Of a DNA stretch of 64,000 nucleotides, positions 24,501 through 34,138 are shown in pieces; the first letter of the stretch is position 1, and each line of letters opens with the position of its first letter. The position numbers were made by a program, and so were the translations under genes. The stretch lies in the IMG/VR virus record IMGVR_UViG_3300042890_004094, one strand, 5' to 3'. The notes under the pieces were generated by a model. It was given only the letters and a program-made list of their open reading frames with translations, made no database searches and was not told where the DNA came from. The DNA is from a virus (taxonomy: Duplodnaviria; Heunggongvirae; Uroviricota; Caudoviricetes).

Positions 24501-25788
24501 TTACTTTAAACCAACAATGAATACTTGGACTGCATCCACTGGAGTTACATCAGCAAAATGGAAAATAATAGAATCCTGGAATGCAACAAAACAATATTAT
24601 TGGAATGATAATGTTGTTTATAATGAAAGTGTATATAAACTTTATACATCCAATTCAGATAATATTTCTTTATCTGATGGTATTCCTCCAGTTGGTACTG
24701 AACCAGTTAAGTCAAAAGGTTTCTGGTTTAGAAATAATGGAAAGTCATTTAATTCAATAAGTGTAACAAGTTCAATAGTAAAATTTAATAATAAATATAA
24801 TATCTTAGTAGGTGGTGGAAAAACAACAACTAGTAGTCTTAATAATGGCATTATTATTTATATAAATAAAAAGTGGAAAAATATACTAGTAAATATAAAT
24901 ATAAGTGATGGTACAACACCAGATATATCTAACTCAAATAGAGATAGTTTATATAATGATATAAATCAAAAACTAACCGCTGCTAATTTTATAAATGCGA
25001 TCAATGATATTAGTAATAAATATGGTTTTAGTAACTATCTATCATATGTTGTTGTTGATGAAAATAATAATATAAAAAAATATAGTTATTCAGATGTTGA
25101 TGGTGGTAATATTAAAGATCTACCATATTTATTAAGATGTGAAGAACCTGATAAATTAGATATTAAAGTAAATTCATTATTTAAAAGAGCAGTCGAACTT
25201 CCAAATACACTAAATCCAATTAGAAAGTTGGACTCTGGAAGAATAGTAGATATAACTCAACTAAACTACTTCAATAATATTCCAGTTGCTGCGAACATTA
25301 TCGAAAATCAATTTCCACCTAAAGTATTTGAGAATTATCACGGTAATACTAATATTATAAAAAATGAAATTTATAGATATAGTGGATATTATAGTCCGGT
25401 ATTCTATGATGTACAACTATTTGAAAGAGATTCTAATGGAATACCTTCAGGTGGTAATTATAAATTTGATACTTTATTAAATGATTTTGGTATAATGAAA
25501 GAAAGAAAAATTAGAAAAGTAAATAGAAAAGGAAACATACTAAGATTAGGTAATGTAAATGATGAAAAATCAATATATCCTATGTTAGATGAATTTGGAT
25601 ATTCTATCTATGACTTTTTTATATTCTCATCAACCTGGGATTTAAAGTATTATTTAGAAACAGTTTCTGTTAGTAAAAATAAAGATTATTTACAAAGATA
25701 TACTATTGATGAAAATGTAATAAATGCAGTTGATATAGTAACCCCAATTGTAATACCATCTAATATAGGAAAAACACAGGATAATTAA
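21514..25788 (+). CDS. Large hypothetical protein (1424 aa); start codon uncertain (track start is TTG; first ATG is 81 codons in)
   Basis: Very long ORF beginning 10 nt after the TAA-TAG double stop of the upstream gene. Confidence 0.65.
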   Translation: MKSFGLLRTNVGLTTNIKVTIDTNYKFSLDSIESDPNLSFDKFKKVSFTKDNYYDELIPYFYKDLPADTAFSIKYDNDVDTMSNDFRNQYDELYSYGARNIVNNKNYSEEYEYFAPLYITKNHLPKKFIIFRVDGSGIGTTDRSNFNAEIIKKLKTVKLFDLSKQSVLGDWLGKNFTDNKYFPDSPLDIDFRNLEFCRWNGIDYQNGGYTYKSLFIDDILDEEKEIFELEKFIFDSYKNNKVVFPNIINFSFLFDDTPSTPEIKKKWSINRYYGFYLNDLELVKTVSPYLSIPLRSDIIIQNNAVIGGDTNSVSNIIYSPSNENPFLQEWSNKRPFYVEYDGNYYKVEKFTETVSNQLVKIPNTFTTMESRMSKDLGFSSSKFNKNASVIKKSVTTNTKSAVEDFGDVIVTKYKIITNLNLTGLTASSFNQNYAEIDPTNKLITRDGSTIKDFQIAGFDSADVWIIEIDGIYHNLVNIDNYIMLSTDYSFIFNQNDFIYKVRGESKKVSTVVDFNNAPKKFSIYKLNFCDIKDFDTRIVDTDYSKYEYEESTNITTTDETKMYLEDIRSLTDPINLDDFSYQNRIVNIPTSSEYTANYETFKIDGNDLSEIWRKNPVYCKWGFHKSLSANDLPYTLNNSLIFEDFNRTTNVYEPYPKRSERNLDYFYTINSASSSYVYHSLHIENLDNNNNIDTEFKFELNKYLNFTYSYFDSITSTTQSTSPYPYDYFTYLFGKSNTFFNGKIKENSNKYSYFNVGDESVPNHTLFRGIKFDIYEVSSITINTNNQIDKINIKSSNTFDDYKFSVLLSENNTSPIFDTLDSSKITGLVYSPNTLMWSVIDEWKMNKRYVGGTSWAGASKVLHDDILYGKYGNSSTTNNPIFATYGVTIPSAPYTQGWTFFVSNNDSVFWSPNYNGYTSLVGPTAAATGEVLPFGYKLQEPNKPSIVYNSGEYYFCSSQSNAIDFWNPLKSISTGYMSQDTVIYKNNYYTSLKDNNYFKPTMNTWTASTGVTSAKWKIIESWNATKQYYWNDNVVYNESVYKLYTSNSDNISLSDGIPPVGTEPVKSKGFWFRNNGKSFNSISVTSSIVKFNNKYNILVGGGKTTTSSLNNGIIIYINKKWKNILVNINISDGTTPDISNSNRDSLYNDINQKLTAANFINAINDISNKYGFSNYLSYVVVDENNNIKKYSYSDVDGGNIKDLPYLLRCEEPDKLDIKVNSLFKRAVELPNTLNPIRKLDSGRIVDITQLNYFNNIPVAANIIENQFPPKVFENYHGNTNIIKNEIYRYSGYYSPVFYDVQLFERDSNGIPSGGNYKFDTLLNDFGIMKERKIRKVNRKGNILRLGNVNDEKSIYPMLDEFGYSIYDFFIFSSTWDLKYYLETVSVSKNKDYLQRYTIDENVINAVDIVTPIVIPSNIGKTQDN

Positions 25789-25789
25789 A

Positions 25790-26488
25790 ATGAGAAGAAG
25801 CTATATATCACCAGAATATCAAAATAGAGCTGTTTATGGAACATTAAACATGGTTGAAGAAAGTACCTTCTTTGGTGCTAAAATGCTTGAGGTAGAAGAT
25901 ACTATAAGTATAGATAATCAAGATATTATTTACTATCAAAGAACAAGTGGAGAACAATTAGATGTTTCAACTGAAACATCATTAGATTCATATATTTATT
26001 CACCTGGTAGTAATACTGGTGATAAATTTAAAAATCATACTTTGATTATTGATGCGACTCAACCAAATTTTCAATTAGATAACAATACTAAATGGATATT
26101 GACTATTGATCTAAAAACAATACTTACTAATTACTTATTTGCAACACTTAAAAAATATAGAACTTTTGAAGGTGTTAGAAATGATATGACAATGTTTAAT
26201 GATGTAAATGTTGCAGTAACTAGTTATATACGTTCAAATGTTTTAGATAGATATAAGTATAAAGGTGTGGAACTTTATGTAAGATACCAAGATCTAAGAA
26301 ATCAAAATTTACTTAGGTATAATAATACTTGGTCAACTAACATAATAGATCCTACTTATAAAGTAACTAAGATTCAAAGTGAGACAGAGTTTGACCAATC
26401 TTCAATTAAAATAATGTTTAATCAAGAAAAACCAAGTTCTTCTTATAAATTTGAGTATTACTTCAATATTTTATTTGAGAAAATATAA
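25790..26488 (+). CDS. Hypothetical protein (232 aa)
   Basis: ORF starting 2 nt after the previous stop. Confidence 0.6.
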   Translation: MRRSYISPEYQNRAVYGTLNMVEESTFFGAKMLEVEDTISIDNQDIIYYQRTSGEQLDVSTETSLDSYIYSPGSNTGDKFKNHTLIIDATQPNFQLDNNTKWILTIDLKTILTNYLFATLKKYRTFEGVRNDMTMFNDVNVAVTSYIRSNVLDRYKYKGVELYVRYQDLRNQNLLRYNNTWSTNIIDPTYKVTKIQSETEFDQSSIKIMFNQEKPSSSYKFEYYFNILFEKI

Positions 26489-26520
26489 ACCTTATCATTT
26501 AATTACTTATAATATGTAGT

Positions 26521-26886
26521 ATGAATAACGAGGAATTAAATGAAATTTTAGCAAACTTTTTAAAGATGTTTAAGAATAGACCTTATCATCTAGCAAAATA
26601 CCTTATTGAAAACTCTGCTCTAAATAAACCATTCTTAAATAAAATAGCAAAAAGTGCTAAATTAAATAATCCTAAAAATCAGGATGTTTATCTAACTAGT
26701 ATTTCTGAAATGGATGATTTTTACAATTCTATTTTAGATCCGGTAAAAATAGGTAATAAAACTTTAGAAGAAGTTACTAAAGAAGTAAATGATAAAATGG
26801 ATGAGCTTATTAAAAATGAAAAGTTTGAAGAAGCTGCAAAACTTAGAGACTATATGTTAAAAAAATCTATAAAAAGAATTAAATAA
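26521..26886 (+). CDS. Small protein with UVR-like motif (121 aa)
   Basis: ...NEKFEEAAKLRDYM... resembles the UvrB/UvrC UVR domain. Confidence 0.5.
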   Translation: MNNEELNEILANFLKMFKNRPYHLAKYLIENSALNKPFLNKIAKSAKLNNPKNQDVYLTSISEMDDFYNSILDPVKIGNKTLEEVTKEVNDKMDELIKNEKFEEAAKLRDYMLKKSIKRIK

Positions 26887-26937
26887 TTTAAAACTTTTTA
26901 ATAATTCACACTAAAACTTAAACACTAAAAAAAAATT

Positions 26938-28026
26938 ATGACAAACGAAATTTTAAACCCAGAAGTAGGAAACCCAGATTTTGAACTTTTATTTGAAGAA
27001 AAAAGTTACAGAAAGGGTAAGAATATGAGTGATAAAGACTTAGATGCTCTTTATAACTCTATTAAATTAGAAATACCACAAGTAGGTAATGTGGTTAGAT
27101 CTAGTTACCGAGGTATTATGGCTAATCAGTTTGTATTCAGTGTTGACGGATTCAAAGATGATGTCAGAGTTGAAGACAAACCAAATGAGGCCAAGTACCT
27201 TAAAAATTGCAACACTGGAGATGAGGTTGATGTTTTAATTACCGAGATAAATCAAGGTCAATATTTCATCAAAGGAAGCATTGCTTCACTATATGAGTCA
27301 AGAGCTCACGAAAACCTTAAATCTTTAGAGGAAGGAGAATCAGTAACTGCTTATGTAAGATCACTTAACCCAGCAGGTTACGATGTTGAAATCACAAATG
27401 GAGGAGTAACTCTTCCTGGATTTATGCCAAATACCTTAGCAGGTATCAACAAACTTTACGACCCAACTTCAATCGTTGGTGATACATTCCAAGTAATGAT
27501 CGAGTCTTTCTCAGAACATGAAGGAACTTATATCGTAAGTCGTAGAAAGTATCTACAAACATTGATTCCACAAGAAATTGGTAATCTTGAGTTTAACACC
27601 TTATATGGTGGTAGAGTAACTGGAACAACACCATTCGGTATCTTTGTTGAGTTCAACGAGTGCTTAACTGGTATGATTCACAAAGCTAATGTTACAGAAG
27701 AATGGCAAAACAGAATCTCCGAAATTAAACCAGGACAAGAGATTGAGTTCTATATTAAAGAAATCATTAAAGAGAAGATAATTCTTACTCAAGTCTTGAG
27801 AGAAACACTTTGGGATAACATCAAAAACGGTCAAGTTATTGATGGTCGAGTGAAAGATGTAAAACAATTTGGAACTTTAGTAATCTTAGATGATGAAACA
27901 GTTGGACTAATACACACTTCAGAAATGGAGAAATTAGGCAAAAAGTTTGTATCTGGGCAAGACATCAAAGTAAAAGTTCTTTCTGTAGATCGTCAAAGTC
28001 GCAAGATTTTCTTAACGATTGGATAA
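26938..28026 (+). CDS. Multi-S1-domain RNA-binding protein (ribosomal protein S1-like)
   Basis: 362 aa with several S1-like units, e.g. GRVTGTTPFGIFVEFNECLTGMIHKANV and DGRVKDVKQFGTLVILDDETVGLIHTSEM...GQDIKVKVLSVDRQSRKIFLT. Confidence 0.65.
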   Translation: MTNEILNPEVGNPDFELLFEEKSYRKGKNMSDKDLDALYNSIKLEIPQVGNVVRSSYRGIMANQFVFSVDGFKDDVRVEDKPNEAKYLKNCNTGDEVDVLITEINQGQYFIKGSIASLYESRAHENLKSLEEGESVTAYVRSLNPAGYDVEITNGGVTLPGFMPNTLAGINKLYDPTSIVGDTFQVMIESFSEHEGTYIVSRRKYLQTLIPQEIGNLEFNTLYGGRVTGTTPFGIFVEFNECLTGMIHKANVTEEWQNRISEIKPGQEIEFYIKEIIKEKIILTQVLRETLWDNIKNGQVIDGRVKDVKQFGTLVILDDETVGLIHTSEMEKLGKKFVSGQDIKVKVLSVDRQSRKIFLTIG

Positions 28027-28063
28027 TTAAAAACGACCCATTTTTAAATGAAAGAGCAAAAAG

Positions 28064-28090
28064 AACCCTGGAGAAATCTGGGGTTTTTTT
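28064..28090 (+). terminator. Weak hairpin followed by a T7 run
   Basis: aaccc-tggagaaatctg-gggtt-ttttt. Confidence 0.4.
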
Positions 28091-28108
28091 ATTTATATAT
28101 AGTTTATG
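28091..28108 (+). promoter_or_regulatory. Conserved motif ATTTATATATAGTTTATG fused to the start codon
   Basis: Identical 13-mer TATATAGTTTATG. Confidence 0.5.
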
Positions 28109-28567
28109 ATTAAAAATTGGGAAACTTTCTTAGAAGCGAGATTAAGAGATTTGGCAAACTTAAAAGGATTTGACTCAGAAACCAAATCAAGATGGGGTTT
28201 TGATAAAGAGTTTAATCTAGAAGGTAAATTAGTTAAAATTATTACTACTAATAAAAGAATTAGTGGTAAAAAACTTCAATTCAGAGTAACTTACTACAAT
28301 GATACTCATCATAGTATAGTAGATAGAATTCAGAAAAGGACTAATCTAAATGATGTAGAAGAATTTAACTCTATATTAAAAGATACTTTAAATAAATTAG
28401 TTGAAGAAAAAGAAAACTTTATATTTGATCGTAAGTATGCTGTTTATTTAAAAGAGTATAACTTTGCTATTATCTTCACACTAGACTATGAATTAAAGGA
28501 ATTAAATGTTTATACAATTTTACCAGGATCTGGTGTAAATAATGTTAGAAAAGTTTTTGTTTATTAG
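28106..28567 (+). CDS. Hypothetical protein (153 aa)
   Basis: ORF directly behind motif. Confidence 0.55.
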   Translation: MIKNWETFLEARLRDLANLKGFDSETKSRWGFDKEFNLEGKLVKIITTNKRISGKKLQFRVTYYNDTHHSIVDRIQKRTNLNDVEEFNSILKDTLNKLVEEKENFIFDRKYAVYLKEYNFAIIFTLDYELKELNVYTILPGSGVNNVRKVFVY

Positions 28568-28589
28568 AAAAAAGTTGTATCTTTGAAGT

Positions 28590-28814
28590 ATGAAAAATAT
28601 GATAGACAAGTTTGTAGATATGTGTGACTTAATAAGTGTTGACTCGAAAGGTCAATTCTTTTTTGACTCTGTTGATGTAGAATTTACTGAAGTTTATACT
28701 GACGTAGATTATCCTGTACTAGTAGAAAAAATGACTAAACTTATCACTCTTATCAACGAAGATAATTCTTTGATTGAAAAAGATGTTCAAGACGAACTTT
28801 GGTTTATGTTATAA
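28590..28814 (+). CDS. Hypothetical protein (74 aa)
   Basis: ORF. Confidence 0.45.
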   Translation: MKNMIDKFVDMCDLISVDSKGQFFFDSVDVEFTEVYTDVDYPVLVEKMTKLITLINEDNSLIEKDVQDELWFML

Positions 28815-28819
28815 TATAA

Positions 28820-28846
28820 AAAGCTATCAAATGATAGCTTTTTTAT
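28820..28846 (+). terminator. Hairpin plus T run
   Basis: aagctatcaaatgatagcttttttat. Confidence 0.55.
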
Positions 28847-29039
28847 TTAGTATATATTCCAATTTTTAATATGTATAACCCCATTTGAATCTATTGTAGA
28901 ACCTTTATCCTCAATCTCTTCTTCAAAGAAATCAGTATTAAGAACATCATCAATTGTTTTATCAGATAATTCTACTTGTGGTATATCTACTACAAATGCT
29001 TCAAAAAGTTTTAAGTATTTCACTTTTTATATATTATTT

Positions 29040-30224
29040 TTAATCCCAATCATCATCTTGCCACTCTTCATCATCATCATTTTCACTCCATATTATACCT
29101 CTTGATCCAGGAAAACTTCTATTACTAATTTTACCAGTTGTTGGATCCCAATTATTCATATTATCAACTGATGGATATTGATCAAATGTTCCAGGATTTA
29201 TATGTGCCACAAATGTATCTGTATAATTCATTTGTAAGTATCCTTTTGCATTCCCATACTCAATAAACACATTTCTATCAGAATCTTTACTAGTGTAAAT
29301 AGTATCCATTACTTGTCTACCATCATCTAATGTCCAAAGAAGTGCTCTACCAATAATTTTATCATCATGATTTTCTGACTTTAACATAAGTAGTTTAACT
29401 GTTTGTGGATTTTTAATATAAATTTCTAACCAATTAAGATTTCCAACTGCTTGACAAGAACCGCCTAATGTACCTTGATGTGGAAATTCATAGTTTCTTC
29501 TGTTATACCAGAATCCTAAGTCGTCTCCTTCAACGATCTCAAATCGAGAGAATACATCATTCATAATTGATAAGACTGCTCTAAACTCATTTACAAATGT
29601 TTCTATCGCTGCATCGTTTGTATTGAAGTTGTAAGCAGTCAATAGAAGTCTAACTGCTCTACCAATTCTTATTTCCTGTCTACTTTTAGTAAATACTATC
29701 TTTTGTTTATCATCAACAATAGTTCTTAGTTTTTCTCTATTGTAAACACCTTCTCCAGTTGGGAACTTAACATAACACCAAGTTTTACCAGTTTTTTCAG
29801 AAGTTACCTCACTAATTACTTCACCAATGGCATTATTATTTGGATGAAATACTTCTTCTGTTGTAGGAGTAAATCCAAGTCTTGCAAAGATAGCACCATT
29901 AGTTCTAACATTATTAGTCAACCAACCACCTCTACGGCCTATGTAATTTACATATTCTCTAGTATCCCCAAGTATTTGTTGAGCAACTCTGTCAGGAGTA
30001 AACGTCAATATATTATCATTGTCGATTTTTATATCAAAAAAGTTAGAAACTACGTCTAAATCTTGATTTTCTATTTCTAATAACTTTTGTGCTATTTCAT
30101 TATCAGGTAATTTTGTAAGTGCTTTTTTAAACTTACTAGAATAAATTACATTAGACTCTAATAAGAGTTGTTCTAATATAAGTTTCTCTACAATAAACTC
30201 TCCATACTTTGTTAGACTTCTCAT
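29040..30224 (-). CDS. Hypothetical protein (394 aa) with highly acidic C-terminal tail
   Basis: ORF ending ...ENDDDEEWQDDDWD; N-terminus MRSLTKYGEF resembles the MKYLK-x-YE-x-F family. Confidence 0.6.
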   Translation of the reverse strand: MRSLTKYGEFIVEKLILEQLLLESNVIYSSKFKKALTKLPDNEIAQKLLEIENQDLDVVSNFFDIKIDNDNILTFTPDRVAQQILGDTREYVNYIGRRGGWLTNNVRTNGAIFARLGFTPTTEEVFHPNNNAIGEVISEVTSEKTGKTWCYVKFPTGEGVYNREKLRTIVDDKQKIVFTKSRQEIRIGRAVRLLLTAYNFNTNDAAIETFVNEFRAVLSIMNDVFSRFEIVEGDDLGFWYNRRNYEFPHQGTLGGSCQAVGNLNWLEIYIKNPQTVKLLMLKSENHDDKIIGRALLWTLDDGRQVMDTIYTSKDSDRNVFIEYGNAKGYLQMNYTDTFVAHINPGTFDQYPSVDNMNNWDPTTGKISNRSFPGSRGIIWSENDDDEEWQDDDWD

Positions 30225-30971
30225 TTAATATGTTAATATTTTTAAAACAACATCTTCAACAAACTCTTTCATATCTGTTGGGTCAATTGTTGCAATCGTG
30301 TCTTTTGATGAATGACAATTAAATAACATTGAGTAATCTAAATATGTATTTTCATCCCATTTGACATTTGTTTTACCCTCTAAAACAGGAGGTAAAGGAT
30401 TTATAACTACTGAGTCAATTCCATTTCTTCTAAATGTAACCGAATCATTGAAAGGTGTTCTAACTATTGGACAATCAAAAAGAGTTTTAATATGATCTGT
30501 TAAAGGTCCTGGATAATCTCCAATAAAAAAGTGTTTACCACCTTTACCACTTAACTCTAAATTAAGTACCCACTCTATATCACCAAACTTACCATTATTG
30601 ATTAGTTCTGATGCTCTATTAGAGCCTACACCACCAACTTCTTCACCATCTAATAGAATTACATTCATTGTTGGTAAAAGCTTCTTAATCATCATCGCAT
30701 TGATTACTGATGCACTATTATCATTCGCATTATCTATATTAGGATTACTTACATCATGATGTGCAACAACCATTCTGTTTGATGATCCTTGTAGAATAAG
30801 ATTATACCCTGTTACCTCAGCAGTATAGAATTTATCTAATTCATATTTAATACCTTCTGATTCTAAAAGTTCCATTAGAAATTGAACTCTTGGAGGTGGC
30901 GTTTGTGAATTATTATCATAGATAGTTCCTTCATTTCTTACTTTACAGAAGTCGTATATTTTATTGTACAT
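30225..30971 (-). CDS. M28/M42-like metallopeptidase-fold protein (putative)
   Basis: VAHHDVSNP...NANDNSASV...LLDGEEVGG resemble the His/Asp, Asp and Glu-Glu metal ligands of M28/M42 peptidases. Confidence 0.5.
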   Translation of the reverse strand: MYNKIYDFCKVRNEGTIYDNNSQTPPPRVQFLMELLESEGIKYELDKFYTAEVTGYNLILQGSSNRMVVAHHDVSNPNIDNANDNSASVINAMMIKKLLPTMNVILLDGEEVGGVGSNRASELINNGKFGDIEWVLNLELSGKGGKHFFIGDYPGPLTDHIKTLFDCPIVRTPFNDSVTFRRNGIDSVVINPLPPVLEGKTNVKWDENTYLDYSMLFNCHSSKDTIATIDPTDMKEFVEDVVLKILTY

Positions 30972-31002
30972 AATTGTATATATTAAAAAATTATAAATAA
31001 AA

Positions 31003-31037
31003 ACACCCCTATTAGAAAATAGGGGTGTGATTTTTTA
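31003..31037. terminator. Strong bidirectional hairpin terminator candidate
   Basis: acacccctatt-agaaa-ataggggtgt followed by gatttttt and preceded by an A-rich run. Confidence 0.6.
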
Positions 31038-31049
31038 AAAAAGGTTTTA

Positions 31050-32945
31050 TTATTTTTTTCCTTTTTTATCTTCTACTACAACTTCAGCAGGAACTTCGAT
31101 AGTTTCATTTTCAATATTTTTGAAACCTTTACCCATCATATTCATGATTTGAACTCCAAGTAATCCATCTAACGAACCATTTCCGCCTTGACCACTACCG
31201 TTGATAAGTAAGTCTGGCATAATTTTCACATTACCTTTACCGATTTCTTCTGTTACTTTATAAGTCGTGAAGTTATCTTGACCCATTGCATCAACAGCCA
31301 ATCTATAAGATTCTGCGGTTGATTTACCCACTGCTAAGATAGCATTTGCTTCAGCGTCTCCAATAAGAGTTTTTCTTGTAGCTTCTGCTTTAGCATTCAA
31401 TGTTGTGGCTTCTGCGTTTGCTTCTGCTTCAATTTTCACTGAACGAGCTTTACCGGTTGCATCTTTAACTGCAGAGTCTGCAAGTCTTTCAGAGATCTGA
31501 ACACCTTGGTCTGCTTTTACAACTTCACCTTGCATATCAGCAATTGCGGTTTCTTTTTCCAAAGTTTGTCTTTGAATTTGAGCCATTTTTTGTGTCTCGT
31601 AAGTTACCTTTTGTTCTTCTGCAATTTTACGATCAGTCAATGTTTTCATTAATGATTCTGGTGGAGTAATATCTCCAATTAGAGTATCTACAGCGTGTAC
31701 GTTATACTCTTCAAGTACTGATGAAATAGCTTCTTTAGCAGCATCTTGTCTTGATTGACGAGTAGATAAGAAAGCAATAACGTCTGAATTTTGTGCAGAG
31801 TTACGGAAGTAGTTACCAATTGTTGGCTCTAATACTTGTGATACAAGTGCTTGTGTAGAACCGAAACGAGCGATTACTTTTGGAGCTTCTGCCATTGGAA
31901 TGTGAATGATTTGAGAAACGTCTAAGTTAAATGGGAAACCATCTTTAGAACGTACTGTAATCGTACTCAATCCTTTATCTAAGTTGTGAGACTCTGTTCT
32001 AGCATTTGCCCAGTTAAGTACAAGGTTAGTTGTTGGAACAATCTCAATTGTATTAGTATATTTATTAATCGCATACTTACCTGGTCCTAGTGGCTCAGCC
32101 CAAACACCTTTTTGTCCTTTAGATACTAAGTTACCATGCTTAAATCCAGCACCAGTTACATCAACACCATCAGCACCAACATAAGAAATAACAACACCAC
32201 AGTGACCAATAGGAATTTCTGTCATTTGTACTTCCTCAACTTGAACCGCCCATGGGTTTAGGTTATAAGATCCTGCTTGAATAACTTGTGTTTGTAAACC
32301 TCTATTTCCACCATTTGATAAAAATGCATCAAAATCTTGGAAGTTATTGTGACCTTCAATTTTCTCACCAGCAATTTGATCTTTGCTAAGTGGTTCACCA
32401 TCTAATGTAGTAACAATACCCACCATATTTTCTTGTACACTTACTTGTTTAACAGCAGATACTTCAAATAAGAATGTATTGATTTTATAACTACCGTTTG
32501 TAATATAAGCAGACTGACGTCCTTTTTGACCTCCATTATTAAGGAAACCTACCGCATCTTGGAAGTTATCACACTCAACTCTACGTCCTAAGATACGTCC
32601 TGTTTGTGGAACTTTACCATCTTTAGATGAAACTAATCCAATATGTCCCTCTGGAATAACTATAAATCCTTGCATATCAACAGAGTATTGCCAAGGCCAC
32701 ATCCACCAGTGTAAACCAGTTTCTAACATTTTTGCTTGTAAGCCTGCTTCTCCGTTTACTGCGATGATTCTATCACCACTAAGTTCTTTATTTTCTCCAA
32801 AAAGAACGAATTTTTTCGTTACTAAACCAATTTTGTTCTCAGGAACAATAACTAGTCCAAAAAATACACGAAAAATGAATTTGTACATAAGTACGGCTAC
32901 TACTAAGAGCATCCAAGGCCAATTGGCCAAAATCTGTGTTACCAT
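31050..32945 (-). CDS. SPFH/band-7 (flotillin-like) membrane protein
   Basis: 631 aa; N-terminal hydrophobic segment, SPFH-like core, C-terminal Ala/Glu-rich coiled coil (AEANAEATTLNAKAEATRKTLIGDAEANAILAVGKSTAESYRLAVDAMG) typical of bacterial flotillins. Confidence 0.75.
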   Translation of the reverse strand: MVTQILANWPWMLLVVAVLMYKFIFRVFFGLVIVPENKIGLVTKKFVLFGENKELSGDRIIAVNGEAGLQAKMLETGLHWWMWPWQYSVDMQGFIVIPEGHIGLVSSKDGKVPQTGRILGRRVECDNFQDAVGFLNNGGQKGRQSAYITNGSYKINTFLFEVSAVKQVSVQENMVGIVTTLDGEPLSKDQIAGEKIEGHNNFQDFDAFLSNGGNRGLQTQVIQAGSYNLNPWAVQVEEVQMTEIPIGHCGVVISYVGADGVDVTGAGFKHGNLVSKGQKGVWAEPLGPGKYAINKYTNTIEIVPTTNLVLNWANARTESHNLDKGLSTITVRSKDGFPFNLDVSQIIHIPMAEAPKVIARFGSTQALVSQVLEPTIGNYFRNSAQNSDVIAFLSTRQSRQDAAKEAISSVLEEYNVHAVDTLIGDITPPESLMKTLTDRKIAEEQKVTYETQKMAQIQRQTLEKETAIADMQGEVVKADQGVQISERLADSAVKDATGKARSVKIEAEANAEATTLNAKAEATRKTLIGDAEANAILAVGKSTAESYRLAVDAMGQDNFTTYKVTEEIGKGNVKIMPDLLINGSGQGGNGSLDGLLGVQIMNMMGKGFKNIENETIEVPAEVVVEDKKGKK

Positions 32946-32991
32946 AATTTAATTGTTTTTAATTGTTTGTTTTTAATTCTATTACTAATTT

Positions 32992-33720
32992 CTAATTTGT
33001 TTCGATTAAATCTAATATATCTTTTAAAGACATATTTAAAAGTGCTTCATAATCATCTACACTTACTTCTGTTTTCTTCGATACTTGTTGAATACCCCAA
33101 TCAAGTATTTTTAAACCGTGTCTGTTTGGATCTAAAATGGATTTTGATACAATCTTCACTAACTCCAAGTTTTTATCTTTAACTAAATCAATCTTTCTCG
33201 TATCATTAGTTGTGATTAGACCTGTTTCTTCATCAAATAGTAATTGGTTTAAAGCTAATTCTCTCGCTTCAGCAGTTGTCAGTTTTCTAAAACACCAACC
33301 ATTGAGTTTTAGCTTTCTTTTAACTCCTTGAAACTTAATAAAGTATTCTATAGATGGTTGTAATACAGTACCACTATAAGAAGTTCTTGGTGTTACTTTA
33401 CGAGTAATTTCTTCAACACGATACATACCATCTTTTACTAAAGACTTATAGTTATCTTGTTTACAAACGATTATATCACCTTTGGTAACATCTTCACCTT
33501 TTAATAATTCATATCTATTATAGAAGTTTGTTGGTAATGGAATGTCAATCTCTGGAAGAGGTTTGCCATCCATTGTAGTGAAGTTTTTTACAGAGTATGT
33601 ACCAAAATCTTTTAAGCGAACACTTTTGTATACACTTGATGAACTATTATTCATAGAAACTACTTCATAGGAATGTCCTTTTACTAATTTTGTACTACCT
33701 TTTTTACAAATTACATTCAT
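32992..33720 (-). CDS. Hypothetical protein (242 aa)
   Basis: ORF. Confidence 0.55.
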   Translation of the reverse strand: MNVICKKGSTKLVKGHSYEVVSMNNSSSSVYKSVRLKDFGTYSVKNFTTMDGKPLPEIDIPLPTNFYNRYELLKGEDVTKGDIIVCKQDNYKSLVKDGMYRVEEITRKVTPRTSYSGTVLQPSIEYFIKFQGVKRKLKLNGWCFRKLTTAEARELALNQLLFDEETGLITTNDTRKIDLVKDKNLELVKIVSKSILDPNRHGLKILDWGIQQVSKKTEVSVDDYEALLNMSLKDILDLIETN

Positions 33721-33721
33721 A

Positions 33722-34138
33722 TTAATCTAAAATTGTGTTACTTGGACTTGGTATTTGTCCTGATTTATTTTTTTGTGTAATTTTTATTGCAGAAGATGGA
33801 TTATCTTTTAATCCATTTTGCATCCATTCTTTGAATTCTAAATTCTCAAGGTAATCTTGTGCAGTTGGAATGAATCTCATTCCAAAGTCTTCTAGTATAT
33901 GTTGTTCACATATATCTTTTACAGATACAGTTTTATCATCTGAGTTTGTGATTGTGTATCCGAATATAGGTATCATCACCTCGTGTATCCAAAAACCGTG
34001 GTGAGTTAATGCTCTATGTCTATTATCTGATAGATAAGCCTTAGAGCAATCCATTTTTATATGTATTGTTAAGTAATCTTCTGGTTGTCCACCAAATCTA
34101 CGAGCGGAAGATACTGAATGTATATGTGCGTTTGCCAT
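33722..34138 (-). CDS. Hypothetical protein (138 aa)
   Basis: ORF, 1-nt spacing to neighbour. Confidence 0.55.
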   Translation of the reverse strand: MANAHIHSVSSARRFGGQPEDYLTIHIKMDCSKAYLSDNRHRALTHHGFWIHEVMIPIFGYTITNSDDKTVSVKDICEQHILEDFGMRFIPTAQDYLENLEFKEWMQNGLKDNPSSAIKITQKNKSGQIPSPSNTILD

